NCBI RefSeq assembly: GCF_009914755.1
Contig: NC_060944.1
Direction: 5' to 3' (one strand)
DNA: 64,000 nt
Origin: the human T2T-CHM13v2.0 reference genome, Homo sapiens
Position numbers and translations under genes: made by a program. Position 1 is the first letter of the stretch. The number at the start of each line of letters is the position of its first letter. Of the stretch, positions 1 to 19,334 are shown piece after piece. The notes beneath the pieces were generated by a model, which was not told the origin of the DNA, did not search any database, and saw only the letters and a program-made list of their open reading frames with translations.

Positions 1-44
1 TCACTGCGTACCTGCCAGCACCTCCTCACTCTTTGCCGTAACTG

Positions 45-210
45 CTGCATAGTATTCCTTTTAATGAATTAATTTCTGTCACCGGTCTCCTATGAATGAG
101 TATTTAAATAATTTCTGCTCCTGTGCTCTTACAATCAGTGCTGCAACAAATAAACTTGTACGGTATTTCATGTGTGTGGGAGTACTCCTGAGGGAATAAA
201 TATCTAGGAG
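45..210 (-). mobile_element. Old L1 (L1M) 3' region fragment
   Basis: ctgcatagtattcc...gtgctgcaa...aaatatctagga resembles the antisense L1M 3' UTR. Confidence 0.55.
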
Positions 211-846
211 TTACACACACATTTTGGAGAAAATAATGAAAAGCAAATCTCCACTGAATTTTCCCATTCAAGGCTTGAGAGGTGATAAAACACATTCTCG
301 GAGGCCAGTGTCTTGTTTTGGAAACACCACGTTCAAGGAGGCACCCGTCTGCAGCCCCACAGAGGCATGAGGGCCTGCTTCAGATCACTAATCTGGCATT
401 AATACCCTCCTGAAAGGGGGGCGGAGGACAATAGCACCCAGAGAGTTTACACACTTGAGAAATGACTGGAAAGTAATTGGAGCTGGTAGCCATCTGCCTG
501 GCTCTTTCTTTAGAGAGCCAGCACGTCTATCCACTGCAGGCACCAGAAGAGCCTCATGTGGGCTTCAGTCTCCGTCAGAGCTCACCCATCATTCTGGGGG
601 CCCGAGCAGGAGCTGGTTTTCCCTGAAGCTCTCACATTCATCTCCAGGCTGAACTGGCTTTGAAGAAAGATGCCACCTTACCCATCTCCTCTGTCTGCCA
701 ATGAGAAAAGAGGACTTTTTTTTTTCTGGCCTTTCAGCATTTCACAATATTCTTCAAAATCGTTTCTTCTTTTCTTGGTAAACAATGATCGCTACTTGTG
801 AAATCCAGTTTTTCATTTCACTTGGAAAGAAAGACTATTTCATTAG

Positions 847-1232
<386 letters not shown>

Positions 1233-1311
1233 TGAAAGCTATGATGATGATTAATAATAATAATAAAATTATACTAGCTACCATTTGTTGAGAAATTATT
1301 GTTTTACAGGT

Positions 1312-1469
1312 TGCTATGGACTGAATCGTGTCCCCTCCCAATTCATATGTTGAAGCCCTAACCTCAAATGTGACTGTATTTGGAGTGAGAAAGTAATTAC
1401 GGTTAAATATAGTCATAAGAGTGGAGCCTTTATCTGATGGGATTAGTGTCCTTATAAGAAGAGACACCA
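1312..1469 (+). mobile_element. MaLR LTR 5' half (MLT1A/MLT1B-like)
   Basis: tgctatggactgaat...tcatatgttgaagccctaacc...gtccttataagaaga. Confidence 0.8.
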
Positions 1470-1816
<347 letters not shown>

Positions 1817-2042
1817 CTATAAACTGTATATAATATAGCCATATGACAATGCCAGCAAGTTGATAAACAGAAATTTTTTGAACTATGAAAGTTATTTGGT
1901 TGCAAATCCTTTGCAAAAAATGTGTCTGCTCTGTATAGAGTATTGAATGAAAGTATAGCATGTAGATTTTTACAAGCCTACAGGTACATAAATACTTTTG
2001 ATTTTTCTCAATCTGTAGAGATTTGCTATAAGATAGTCTTTG

Positions 2043-2343
<301 letters not shown>

Positions 2344-2353
2344 GATATTCTTC

Positions 2354-2650
<297 letters not shown>

Positions 2651-2794
2651 TCAATCAACACTCTGTATACTTCTGTATAATTCTTCACAGAAATTATTCC
2701 TCAGATAACCTGCACTTACCATCAAACTTGTAATTATCCCCACACATACAAAGTTGCCTTTGAATGTGATGTTTCTATAGAGTACAAAGCTGAA

Positions 2795-3101
<307 letters not shown>

Positions 3102-3469
3102 AAAGCTGAATAATTTTAGATTGTTCCTGTGTGTGAGTCTTCTGGAATGTCTCTGGGCATCTGGAGTCAAAAAGTGTGTTTATTCTTTAGTGAAAATGAT
3201 TGCCATTGTTGTGAGAGATATTGAAAAATGACATCAAATTGCTCAGACCTTGCAGCAAATCACAGTGGAAACGCCTATTAAATCTCATATGCTCTTTGAA
3301 TGGTCTTTGTTAATTGGAGCCACAGCACGAATGACAAAGAGACACTAAAATTATGACGGAGGATTGCTTCCTGTCTTACCTACTATATTTGGGTCTATTC
3401 TCATTTCAGTGAATGAGTCACAGTGAGGTACAATTTGTTTTTCCAAAGACAAAAAGAAATAGAATAAAA

Positions 3470-4001
3470 GAGGAGTTGGCAACATTTTTTGGTAAATGGT
3501 GAGATATTAACTATTAAAAAAAAACATATTTTAGGCTTTGGAGGCCAGATGGCCTCTGTAGTAACTTTTTTTTTTTTTCTTTTTGAGACAGGGTGTTGCT
3601 CTGACGCTCAGGCTGGAGTGCAATGGTGTGATCTTGGCTCACTGTAACCTCCGCCTACCGGGTTCAAATGATTCTTGTGCCTCAGCCCATAGCTGGGATT
3701 ACAGTCCTGCACCACCACACCTGACTAATTTTTGTATTTTTAGTAGAGACGGGATTTCGCCATGTTGGCCAGGCTGGTCTTGAACTCCTGGCTTCATGTG
3801 ATCCTCTTGCCTCTGCCTTCTAAAGTACTGAGATTACAGGCGTGAGCCACTGCGCCCACCTGGCCTCTCTGTAGCAACTACTAAACTCTGCCTTGCCCTG
3901 TGAAAGCAGCCATACACAATATGTAAATGAATGAGCATGGCTGTTTTCCAATAAAACTTTATTTCTCAAAACAGGCAGTAGGCTTAGTTTGCCAACCCCT
4001 G
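3470..4001. mobile_element. MER58A hAT-Charlie DNA transposon split by an Alu
   Basis: ggagttggcaa...ccaataaaactttattt...tagtttgccaacccctg; degenerate 8-bp TSD gaataaaa/gaataagg. Confidence 0.85.
3566..3865 (-). mobile_element. Alu (AluS) inside MER58A
   Basis: TSD ctctgtag(t/c)aact. Confidence 0.93.
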
Positions 4002-4039
4002 GAATAAGGCATAAATATTTAAAGATATAGATATGAATT

Positions 4040-4338
4040 GGCTGGGCACAGTGGCTCATGCCTGTAATCCTGGCACTTTAGGAGGCCAAGGTGGGCAGAT
4101 CACCTGAGGTCAGAGTTCCAGACCAGCCTGGTCAACATGGTGAAACCCTGTCTCTACTAAAAATATAAACATTAGCTGGGCATGGTGGTACGCACCTGTA
4201 ATCCCATTTACTCAGGAGGTTGAGGCAGGAGAATTGCTTGAACCAGGAGTTGGAAGTTGCAGTGAGCTGAAATCATGCCACTGTACTCCAGCCTGGGCGA
4301 CAGTGATACTCTGTCTCAAAAAAAAAAAAAAAAAAAAA
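4040..4338 (+). mobile_element. Alu (AluS)
   Basis: Full Alu; TSD agatatgaa. Confidence 0.93.
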
Positions 4339-4374
4339 GATATGAAGTGATAGACATAAACAGATAACTTGAAG

Positions 4375-5167
4375 TGTGGCAGAGAATGTTACCTGCCAAC
4401 CCACCATCCCTATTCTTTGTGAACAGAGCCACCATACTGTTGGGGTCAGCAATGTCCTCAGTTAAATATATCTATATCCTAGTCTCACTTGCCAATAGGG
4501 GTGACTTCTGAAGTGAAAGCAGATACAGATGAGACATGTGGGAATGCTCTGTAAAAAGGCCTTATCTTCCTTTTTTTTTTTTTTTTTTTTTTGAGACAGG
4601 GTCTCACTGTATCGCCCAGGCTGGAGTGTAGTGATGGTGCAATATCAATTGGCTCACTGCAACCTCCACCTCCCAGGCTCAAGTGATTCTCATGCCTCAG
4701 CCTCCTCAGTAGCTGAGATAACAGTTGTGTGCCACCACACCCAGCTAATTTTTTATATTTTTAGTAGAGACGGGGTTTCACCATTTTGGCCAGGCTGGTC
4801 TTGAACTCCTGGCCTCAAGCTGATCTGCCCGCCTCAGCCTCCCAAACTGCTGGGATTACAGGTGTGAGACACCATGCCCGGCCTAGGCTTTATCTCTTGG
4901 GCAGGTGCCATTTTGCCTTCTACTTTTCTTTTTTTTATCTGCCTGGAATATGGGAATGATTGGTGGAGCTTAAGTGGCAATTTTGTGACTAAGAGGGCAA
5001 GTCCGAGAAAATATTGGAAATCTCATCCTTTGCATCCTCGAACCAATGAATCAAACCAGCAGGAGCTGACCTCTGGACTTCTTGTTATATGAAGGAAACA
5101 ACCTTTCTATGCTTAAGCCACTGTTTCATTTGGATCTGTATTTACTGCTGAATCAAAATTCCAATAC
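4375..5167 (+). mobile_element. Old MaLR LTR (MLT1J/K-like) split by an Alu
   Basis: tgtggcagag start; cctctggacttcttgttatatga...ttaagccactg 3' part. Confidence 0.7.
4571..4883 (-). mobile_element. Alu (AluS)
   Basis: Full antisense Alu; TSD aggc(c/t)ttatct. Confidence 0.93.
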
Positions 5168-5254
5168 TTTTAATAGAAATAACAAACATATAGTCCAGCT
5201 TACAAGTAGTAGAAGTAATAGTAATTTAAGGCTATGTGAACAATAGAGAGGTAG

Positions 5255-5808
5255 TATTTCGGATTGAAGACTTCAAATCCATCAGTTGGATCTGGGTGTC
5301 AAATCCTGCCCTCACCACTAACTTGGTGGTGTTTTGTTTTGTTTTGTTTTGTTTTGTTTTGTTTTGTTTTGTTTTGTTTGAGATAGGATCTCACACTCTG
5401 TTGTCAGTGCTGGAGTGCAGTGGTATGATCTCGGTTTACTGCAACCTCCACATCCTGGGCTCAAGTGATCCTCCCACCTCAGTCTCCTGAGTAGCTGGGA
5501 CTGGTGGCACACACCATCACGCCCTGCTGATTTTTATATCTTTTATAGAGATGGGTTTTTGTCATGTTGCTCAGGTGGGTTTTGAACTCCTGGGCTCAAG
5601 CAATCTGCCCACCTTGGCCTCCCAAAGTGTTGGGATTACAGGCGTGAGCCACCGCGCCCCCCACCCCCACCACTTACTCTCTCTATTCCTCAGTTTCCTC
5701 CCTGGAAAAATAGAGATCATAATATTATATGATTTATGGTATTGTTGAAAGACTTAATTATGATAATGCATACATAAAGTACTTGGCACATAAGAAGTGC
5801 TCAAAAAA
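5255..5808 (+). mobile_element. MIR split by an Alu
   Basis: tcaaatcctgccctcaccact...cctcagtttcctc...ggcacataagaagtgctcaa. Confidence 0.7.
5329..5662 (-). mobile_element. Alu (AluJ-like) with (GTTTT)n tail
   Basis: Full antisense Alu; pentanucleotide tail 5331-5379. Confidence 0.92.
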
Positions 5809-6296
5809 AGAGAATATTATTGTTGCTGCTACTATTATCATTTTGTTGACCAGAGATGAATGACTATTCACTTCTCTGAAACAAGGGTGCAGGTGAAAAC
5901 AGCGATGACATTTCTTCCCCACTCCTCACTCTTCAGGCCTCTCCATCATCTAGAACAATACGTGGAAATCCACTCACGACCTCCGTGTTTTTAATAAGTA
6001 TGACGTGTCGGGCTGAGTGCTTGGTTCCGGGAGTTCTGGGTGATGGAGACAGTTCCTGTATTCAGTGTTATCAGGGCAGAGTGAGCAGAGGTAGCCTGGA
6101 GGACAATCAAGAATAAAAAAGTGTTGGGTGGAGAACAGAAATATGAATGGGGTACAATGGGGAGAAACCAAGAAGAGGTTCAGTTCTATTATTGGGTGGG
6201 AAAGCGGTCTAAAAATATTTTATAGAGGAACTGGTATCTAAAATTTGAGTATTGAAGAAGGTGGTGTTGGCTATTATCTACTATTACTAGGAAGAA

Positions 6297-6583
6297 TTTT
6301 TTTTTGAGACAGAGTCTCACTCTGTCACCCAGGCTGGAGGTCAGTGGCATTATCTCGGCTCACTGCAACCTCTGCTCCCGGACTCAAACCATCCCACCCC
6401 AGCCTTTCCAGTAGCTGGGACTACAGACACGCACCACCACGCCTGGCAAATTTATGTATTTTTTTGGAGACAGGGTTTTGTCATGTTTGGCCAGGTTGGT
6501 CTCGAGCTCCTAGACTCAAGGGATCTGCCCACCTCAGTCTCCCAAAGTGCTGGAATTACAGCTGTGAGCCGATGTGCCTGGCC
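6297..6583 (-). mobile_element. Alu (AluJ-like)
   Basis: TSD aggaagaattt. Confidence 0.92.
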
Positions 6584-6630
6584 AGGAAGAATTTAAAATC
6601 AGTGATGGCATGTAAATATTTTTCTTGTTC

Positions 6631-7986
<1,356 letters not shown>

Positions 7987-8150
7987 ACTCAAATGCCCAC
8001 CAGGGCAGGATACGGGTAAAGTGGTCGAAGTGTAATGCAATAGGGAGGGGTGGTGACTGGTGAACTGGAGAGCCCTGAAATGGGCACCTGCTACTATAGG
8101 CTCCAGCTGCTGGTGCCCTTTGAGAGTATGATTCTAGCATTAATTTTTCC

Positions 8151-8258
8151 TTTTTTTTTTTTTGAGATGGAGTCTCGCTCTGTCACCCTGGCTAGAGTGC
8201 AGTGGTGTGATCTCGGCTCACTGCAACCTCCGCCTCTTGGGTTCAAGTGAGTCTCCTC
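8151..8258 (-). mobile_element. Truncated Alu right arm
   Basis: Poly-T + gagatggagtctcgctc...ggttcaagtga, then stops. Confidence 0.85.
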
Positions 8259-8479
8259 TACCATTAACTTTTCTAATTAAAAAAATTTTTAAACTTTTTC
8301 TAATTTTTTCTATGTAAGCTGAAAGTATACATTTTATTAGAAGAACTTTCCACATTTATAAAAACATTCTCTGGGCCAAAGAGCATGTGCTTGAATTTGA
8401 CCTGTGGCTGACACTGCTATAAGGGCAACAGCCCTGGTAGTCAGAGAATGAGTTAAACTATGATAATATTAAGTATTGT

Positions 8480-8990
<511 letters not shown>

Positions 8991-9032
8991 CCTTCTTGGC
9001 TGAGTTCTTGAGTGGGGCACTGGGCTTCGGAC

Positions 9033-10025
<993 letters not shown>

Positions 10026-10158
10026 ATTTATTTATTTATTTAGAGGCAGAATCTAGTTATGTTGCCCAGGCTGGACTCAGACTCTTGGACTCAAGCCATC
10101 CTCCTGCCTCAGCCTCCTGAGTAGCTGGGACTACAGACGTGAGCCACCTCACGCAGCA
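10026..10158 (-). mobile_element. FLAM/FAM monomer
   Basis: Single Alu monomer with (TTTA)n tail. Confidence 0.8.
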
Positions 10159-10529
10159 TAAGAAAACCCCAATTTTGTTTCAAGTGAGAAAATATTCAGA
10201 CCCAAAGAATTAGGATTGGTCTAAGTATGAGGTGACAAGCATGGAGAAGAAAAGTCAACCTGTGAACAAGGGTAGAGCAGAGAAGGAGATCAGGTCTATA
10301 CCACATGGTTCCTTCAGTCTTCTTGCCGTGTGAGGTAATGAAAGGTGTTTCTTGCTTAAGCTATTGTTAGTCGGATAAGCAGTGAATTCCTGCTGCAAGG
10401 ATTCCTAACTGCAACATATGCAATGGAGTTATATTAGATAAGGAGAAAAAAAATAATAGGAGAAGACAGAGGGCAGATAGAAGAAAGTAATTAAAACCAG
10501 CAGTCAGGCATTTTGGAATTCAGACCTCA

Positions 10530-10640
10530 TTATTTTCATTTTCCAGATGAGAAAACTAAGGTTCCAGAGAAATGAACATAACTTGTTCAACATCTTAAAA
10601 CTAGTCACCAGCAGACCTGGAATTCAAACCCAGATCTATT
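10530..10640 (-). mobile_element. MIR
   Basis: cattttccagatgagaaaactaaggttccagaga...ggaattcaaacccag. Confidence 0.75.
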
Positions 10641-10689
10641 GGATACCAAAGACTGGTTTGAACAACTATATGTAATGCTTTGTATTGGG

Positions 10690-10758
10690 GTGTGTGTGTG
10701 TGTGTGTGTGTATGTGTGTGTAAGGGAGAGAGTGAGAGCTAGAGAGAGAGAGAGAGGG
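10690..10758. repeat. (TG)n-(AG)n compound microsatellite
   Basis: Seen directly. Confidence 0.9.
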
Positions 10759-11036
10759 AGAACTAATGGTCACTGTTTGCTATGTGTCTGGTTATGTGCT
10801 TTACACTTTTGGCATATTGCTTTTCATTCTTAAATACAGCTTCAAATTTAGTTGTCATCTTCCTCATAATTTTATAAGAAAACGGAAATTCAAAAAGTTG
10901 AGTGACTTTAATAATTGAATATTGCCCAAAAGAAAAAAGGAAATTCTCTATGCCACCTGAGGTAGATCTAAAGAATTTTTCCCATCTCTATGTGCAGTGT
11001 ATCTTTGTAGACCCTCCCATGAAGAAGTGGGGTCAC

Positions 11037-11334
11037 TTTTTTTTTTTTTTTGAGACAGTGTCTCGCTCTGTCACCCAGGTTGGAGTGCAGTGGCACGATC
11101 TCGGCTCACTGCAAGCTCTGCCTCCCAGGTTCATGCCATTCTCCTGCCTCAGCCTCCTGAGTAGCTGGGACTACAGGCACCCACCACCACGCCCAGCTAA
11201 TTTTTTGTATTTTTAGTAGAGACGGGGTTTCTCCATGTTGGCCAGGCTGGTCTTGAACTCCCGACCTCAGGTGATCTGCCCGCCTCAGCCTCCCAAAGTG
11301 CTGGGATTACAGCCATGAGCCACTGCGCCCAGCC
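11037..11334 (-). mobile_element. Alu (AluY-type right arm, AluS-type left arm)
   Basis: TSD gtcactttt. Confidence 0.92.
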
Positions 11335-11487
11335 AGAGTCACTTTTTTACCCTTTGAATCTGGGCTGAGCCATGTGATTTGTTTTGGCCAATATGTCATT
11401 AGCAAATGTTGGGGGAAACAGAGGCTTCCAAAGTACTTGTAAGCAGTACTTTGCTCTTTGGGAATTTTTACTGTCAAAGTAAGCTCT

Positions 11488-11777
11488 GCCGGGCGTGGTG
11501 GCTCACGCCTGTAATCCCAGCACTTTGGGAGGCCGAGGTGGGTGGATCACTCGAGGTCAGGAGTTCAAGACCGGCCTGGCCAACATGGTGAAACCCCATC
11601 TCTACCAAAAATACAAAAATTAGCTGGGCATGGTGGCAGGTGCCTGTAATCCCAACTACTTGGGAGAATGAGGCAGGAGAATCCCTTGAGCCCAGGAAGC
11701 GGAGGTTGCAGTGAGCTGAGATTGCATCACTGCACTCCAGCATAAGTGACAAAGTGAGACCCTGTCTCAAAAAAAAA
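11488..11777 (+). mobile_element. Alu (AluS)
   Basis: Full Alu. Confidence 0.93.
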
Positions 11778-12202
11778 GTACTTGTACCTTGGGGTTTGCC
11801 TTCTTACTTCTCCTGGGAACCCTATAACTTCATGTGAAGGAGCTAGCCTGTTGGATGATGACGTCCAGACATGTGACCCAGTTGCTCTTGTTACCCAGGT
11901 GATGGCCCCCAACCTCCACACATAGACAGGAAGCCGTCTTAGGATCATCTAGCCACCAGCTGACCACAGACACCTGGGAATACCCAGCAGTGATCATATG
12001 AGCTGGCCCAGAAAGGAAGAACCTCTCAGCCCACCTATAAAGTCACGAGCTAAACAAATGGTTGTTTTTAGCCACTAAATGTTGGAGTGGTTTGTTATGT
12101 GGCATAACTAATGGATACACTGACTTTCACTATATCAGACAAATATTGCAAATAATTGAGTGAAATGGATAGATATTGAGAATGTTTAATGTAAAGGTTT
12201 AA

Positions 12203-12550
<348 letters not shown>

Positions 12551-12629
12551 AAACATAACTCTTCTTATAGTTATAATGATTCCGTGAAATAGGTCCTACT
12601 ACCTCCCTCTTTTTTGTTGTAGTTGATTT

Positions 12630-12780
12630 TTAATTTTTAAGAGATGAGGTCTCACCATGTTGCCCAGGCTGGACTTGAACTCCCAGGCTCAAGCAATCCT
12701 CCCACCTAAACCTCAGGTGATCTGCCTGCCTCGGCCTCCCAAAATGCTGGGATTGCAGGCGTGAGCTACCTCGCCCAGCC
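12630..12780 (-). mobile_element. Fused Alu monomer fragments (FLAM-like + AluS 5' end)
   Basis: Junction ...cctcccaccta|aacctcaggtgatc. Confidence 0.8.
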
Positions 12781-12940
12781 TGTTCCCTTTTTCATTAGTG
12801 ATAAGATCCTTGGCCATTAAAAGTTGTCAGTGAAGAAATATAGTGTCCCAGTGACGAGGAGTATGAAAAATACATTCTATTTTCACATCTTAAATGTCAT
12901 TAAGATGTTGAAAGTGTTAAATATCAAATTCAAACTCAAC

Positions 12941-13055
12941 TAGGTTTGACCAGCTTGTCCCAGTTTGTCTGGGATTTTTACATTTTAGTACTGAAAGTCC
13001 TGTGTCCAAGGAAACCCCTCAGTCCAGGAAAAACTGGGACAGTTGCTCACTGCTA
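12941..13055. mobile_element. MER81-like hAT-Blackjack MITE
   Basis: Degenerate terminal inverted repeats taggtttgacc.../...ttgctcactgcta; gtcccagttt/aaactgggac. Confidence 0.75.
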
Positions 13056-13144
13056 TGTTTTGTTTTGTTTTGTTTAAATCAGCCTACATCATGCTTTGAT
13101 CTGCTGCAGTTTGAACACATTCCCTTTAAAATTTATATGTAGGA

Positions 13145-13543
<399 letters not shown>

Positions 13544-14141
13544 AATATGTAGGAACTTAATCCCTAAATGATAGTATTAAGAGCTGGGGCCCTTGGGAGG
13601 TGATTAGGCCGTGAGGACTCTGCCCTTGTGGATGGAATTAGTGCCCTTATAGAAGGGCTTGAGGAGGAGAGTTTTTCTCTCCTACTCTTCTGCCATGTGA
13701 GGACCCTGTGTTCATTCCATTTAGGGGACGCAACAGCAATGCTCCATTTTGGAAGCACAGGAAGTCCTTACTAGACAATCAGTCTGCTGGTGCCTTGATC
13801 TTGGACATCCCAGCCTCCAGAACTGTGAAAAATACATTTCAATTATTTATAAATTACCTGGTCTGTGGCATTTTATCGTAGAGCAGGAATGGACTGACAA
13901 AGGCACCTGAAGCTCAACTTTAGTGTTAGTTCCAGCAGGGAGGAATCTTGCAAATTCTTATTGATATATGACAATAGATATTTAGAAGCTAAGAAGCTGA
14001 GTATTTTCTCACACGTTTAGGTGTAAGTTACAAATTAGTCCTGCTTTTGATACACAGCTACTTCATGAGTTTGCCCTAACTGCTCCCAGATAAGTCATAT
14101 TCCTTTGAGAAGTCCCAATTGGCAAAAGTTCTTTTTTTTAA

Positions 14142-14502
<361 letters not shown>

Positions 14503-14749
14503 AAGATTCTTGAATGTGTGATTAGTATTTATGGAAACTGACCCTGTATATAATAATCTTCTGCCTTCCTTACCTGCAAGTCATGAATTATATTTATGAA
14601 CTGAATGTAAGAAAAATCTATGTGTCATTTATTCATTCACTCATTCATTCATCTCTCTATCCAACAATATTATTAAGTGCCCAGTAGATGCTATGTACTG
14701 TGCTAAGAGATGAAGATAAATAAAATGGTGAGCAAAAATGGACACTGTT

Positions 14750-15297
<548 letters not shown>

Positions 15298-15625
15298 CTA
15301 GCAAACAAGAAGTGGTGTTATAAAATTTTGTGGAATTAAAGGAATTTGACTTTGTTGGGGGGCAGAGTCATTTAAGAAAGGCGTCCCCTTCGGACAAGGG
15401 AGCCAAGATCTAGAGGTGAAATGAGAATAGAGGTTGGAGTGAGGAAGGGGAAAATATTCCAAGCAGGGGGAAATGTAAAACATTTGAGCAAAATCCTGTG
15501 GCAAGAGGCAACCTGGACCATTTGAAACAGGGCTGTGCGCATAGAATCAAAAAATAGGGCAAAGGGTGACAGAAGAGAAAGCCAGAGTGGGAGACATGGG
15601 CCTAGCTGAAGAGCATCTCAAAGCC

Positions 15626-16353
<728 letters not shown>

Positions 16354-17064
16354 AAGGCCACAGTAGGATTTTGGTCTTTGTCCCAAGAGCAGCAAGGAAG
16401 CATGGCAAGAATTTAAACAAGGAAGGGAGAGCGGAGGATGTTGGTCTGGCTAAGGTGGGGATATGGAAGGGAAGGAAACAAGAGTGTGTGCAAGGCAGAC
16501 CAGTTAAGAGGCTTGGGCGAGGGGGACTGCTTAGGAGGCTGCAGGGAGATGAGTTAGCAGTTGATGTGGTTGTCCGGGAGAGAGATGACAGAAGCTTGGA
16601 ATAGGTGTTAAGGGTAAAGATGAAGCTGAATGAAAGGATTTTGGATCCCTATGGTGAGTGAGATACAGAGCCATGTCAACAATGACTTCAAGGCTTTGGG
16701 CTCACTCAACTGGATGGATGGGGGCGCCAATCACTGAGCAAGTGATCCTCAGGGAAGATCAGACTCCACTTAGCACAAGGTCTCTCAGCCAGCAGAATGA
16801 GTTTCAATGTTCTTAAAGCAAACACACCCCAAAGAAAATTTCCTTTTGAATTGTAATAAATACACTCTGCAATGCCTTCTGTTTTTACAGAATAATATTT
16901 CTGGGAGACCGGTACACATAAGCACTTGGAAGTTGATCTCTTTCTTATTAATAATTGCCTGATAATTCATTGTGTGGATATAAGATAATTTAACCAATCT
17001 ATTTATGTATTTAGCTTGTTTCCAGATTTTAAATTATTTCATTGCAAGTTTTTAAAAATTTTCT

Positions 17065-17296
17065 AGCTTCATCCATTAAAAGAAATACTTTTACATTGTT
17101 AACTACTATATACACATACGACACACAAATACACACACACACAGCAAAAAGTTTCACAAAATAGTACTTATCCTACCTATATGTCATTCTATTCTATTCT
17201 ATTCTAATTCCATTCCAACTAAAAGTAATAGCCATGACCCACTAAATTGATCTTACCACCTACTGACAGGTCACAACCTGCAGTTTGAAAAACACT
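17065..17296 (-). mobile_element. hAT-Charlie fragment (Charlie4-like)
   Basis: gacccactaaattgat...ggtcacaacctgcagtttgaaaaacact. Confidence 0.65.
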
Positions 17297-17332
17297 TTCA
17301 ATGCATATTTATTCAATGAAAAGGGACAAGTA

Positions 17333-17639
<307 letters not shown>

Positions 17640-17649
17640 GGAAAAGTAC

Positions 17650-17870
17650 TTATTTATACTCCAATACTGTTCTGAACATTTTGTAAGTAATAACTTAATA
17701 ATCCTTACAATGACAGTGTGCCAGTGGGCTAAGAATTATTATCTCTCCGTTTTCCAGATGATGAAACTGAGACACAGAGAGGTAGACAAGTTACCCAAGG
17801 TCACATGCTAGTATGTCGGAGAGCTGTGCTTAAACCCCGGCGGTCTGGCTGCAGTTTATGCTCTTAATCA
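17650..17870 (-). mobile_element. MIR
   Basis: ttccagatgatgaaactgagacacagagagg...cccaaggtcaca. Confidence 0.8.
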
Positions 17871-18108
17871 TCAGCCTATGGTATTTCCTTTAGCCTTAGG
17901 AATTGATGTGAGACTAACCAGGTATTTAGCAATGCACAGCTCTAAATAGCCTCTCCAGTATTTCAAACCACGGCAGGGCAGGTTCCTTTACAAGATAGTC
18001 AAACAGGACATAAGTGTATTACTCTGCTATTTATATACCTCCATGGCTCTAGAAGGCAAACAAAGACTCCTGAAATTTAATAATCTCCTCCAGAAACTTA
18101 GCTTCAGC

Positions 18109-18166
18109 AACACACACACACATTCTCTCTCTCTGTGTCTCTCTCTCTCTCTCTCTCTGTCTCTCT
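18109..18166. repeat. (CA)n-(CT)n microsatellite
   Basis: Seen directly. Confidence 0.85.
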
Positions 18167-19264
18167 CCAAAAGCCCCAAACCTTCAAGCTCCCAAATAAT
18201 CAATGATGACCACTCTCAGTGCTGGACTGAACGATAATATTACAGTCACTTCTTATTCAGAGGTAGTGCTCAACTTCCCCATTATTTATTGATTTTCCCC
18301 CAAAGTTATCAAGTTCTAAAGCCTAATTATTGGTGTAATAGCTGAGATGTTAAGAGAATTGTAAGCCCCTTTAGCTAATGCATGGCATATGTTGAAGGGA
18401 TTCAGCTAATTCACATATCTGTCTGCACTATTAATAGAGAAGGTTACATGCCAATTATCCAGGCTTCAATCAGCCTGTTTGGATACAATAGAGGCAGTGT
18501 TCACACACTTGATGTGCCACATTCCTTCCCGACATCAGAAGCAGCTGGTCCAGATAAAGACCGCTGGGGTTTTGATATTTAGGAATCACGTCCACGGAAG
18601 AGCTGGAGTTGAGACTTGATTGCTTCATGGACAAATTCCCTGCAGGTATCTTTAACCTGGACTCTTTTGAAAAATGCCTAGTAGGTTTGCAGTTCACTGG
18701 GCTTTACACTTTTCCTGCTCAGACTTGTTGGGTGGGTGGGTGGGTGGAGGTGCTGAGGAAGAGGAGAAAGACAAAGGAGCAAATAGCTCCAAGGACAAAG
18801 CAGGGAATAATAGGAACGGGCAAATGGATTCCAATAAAATAAAGAACCCGCACACATTCTTGTGCCCAGTTTTAGAACCAAACAGGCTAAGACATTTTCC
18901 TCCTAAGAGCTCAACTTCGTGTGTTGAAAAATAGGTGGATGGATAAATATCTCTGTATATTTCACCTGCATTCTTTTCTTTTTATTTTTTTCCCCTTTCA
19001 TTTCTTTTTTTCCTCTGATTCAGAAGCTGGACTGGAAGTGTTGTAATATCATCAGAAAATGCTGCTTCCGGTGGTATTTTTAACCAGGAACAGAAGCTGA
19101 AGTGTCTGAAACCACCGGAGAAAGCCCCTGCTCTCCTGAGAGCTGTTCTCTAATTTTGCTGGCAGAGAGCATTGGATCAGTGATCAGAAAGTTAAAATGG
19201 CAGATGTTGGGGCTTCTAGGGGGAGGGGAGGCAGATACCTGATACTCTCCGGCATTTGTTTTTT

Positions 19265-19334
19265 TATCCTTCCCCTTACCTTCCTTTCTCGGATCACAAT
19301 ATCCTTCCCCTTACCTTCCTTTCTCAGATCACAA
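19265..19334 (+). repeat. 35-bp tandem duplication
   Basis: tatccttccccttaccttcctttctc(g/a)gatcacaa x2. Confidence 0.95.

Larger units (their letters stand above)
10955..12118 (+). mobile_element. MaLR LTR (MLT1F/G-like) split by two Alus
   Basis: ttgaatctgggctg...tgttttggccaat; end agccactaaatgttggagtggtttgttatg...gataca. Confidence 0.8.

Noticed and set aside
18582-18646. Possible small exon (tttag|...cag|gtatct)
   Set aside because: Weak splice sites and no supporting frame or neighbouring exons.
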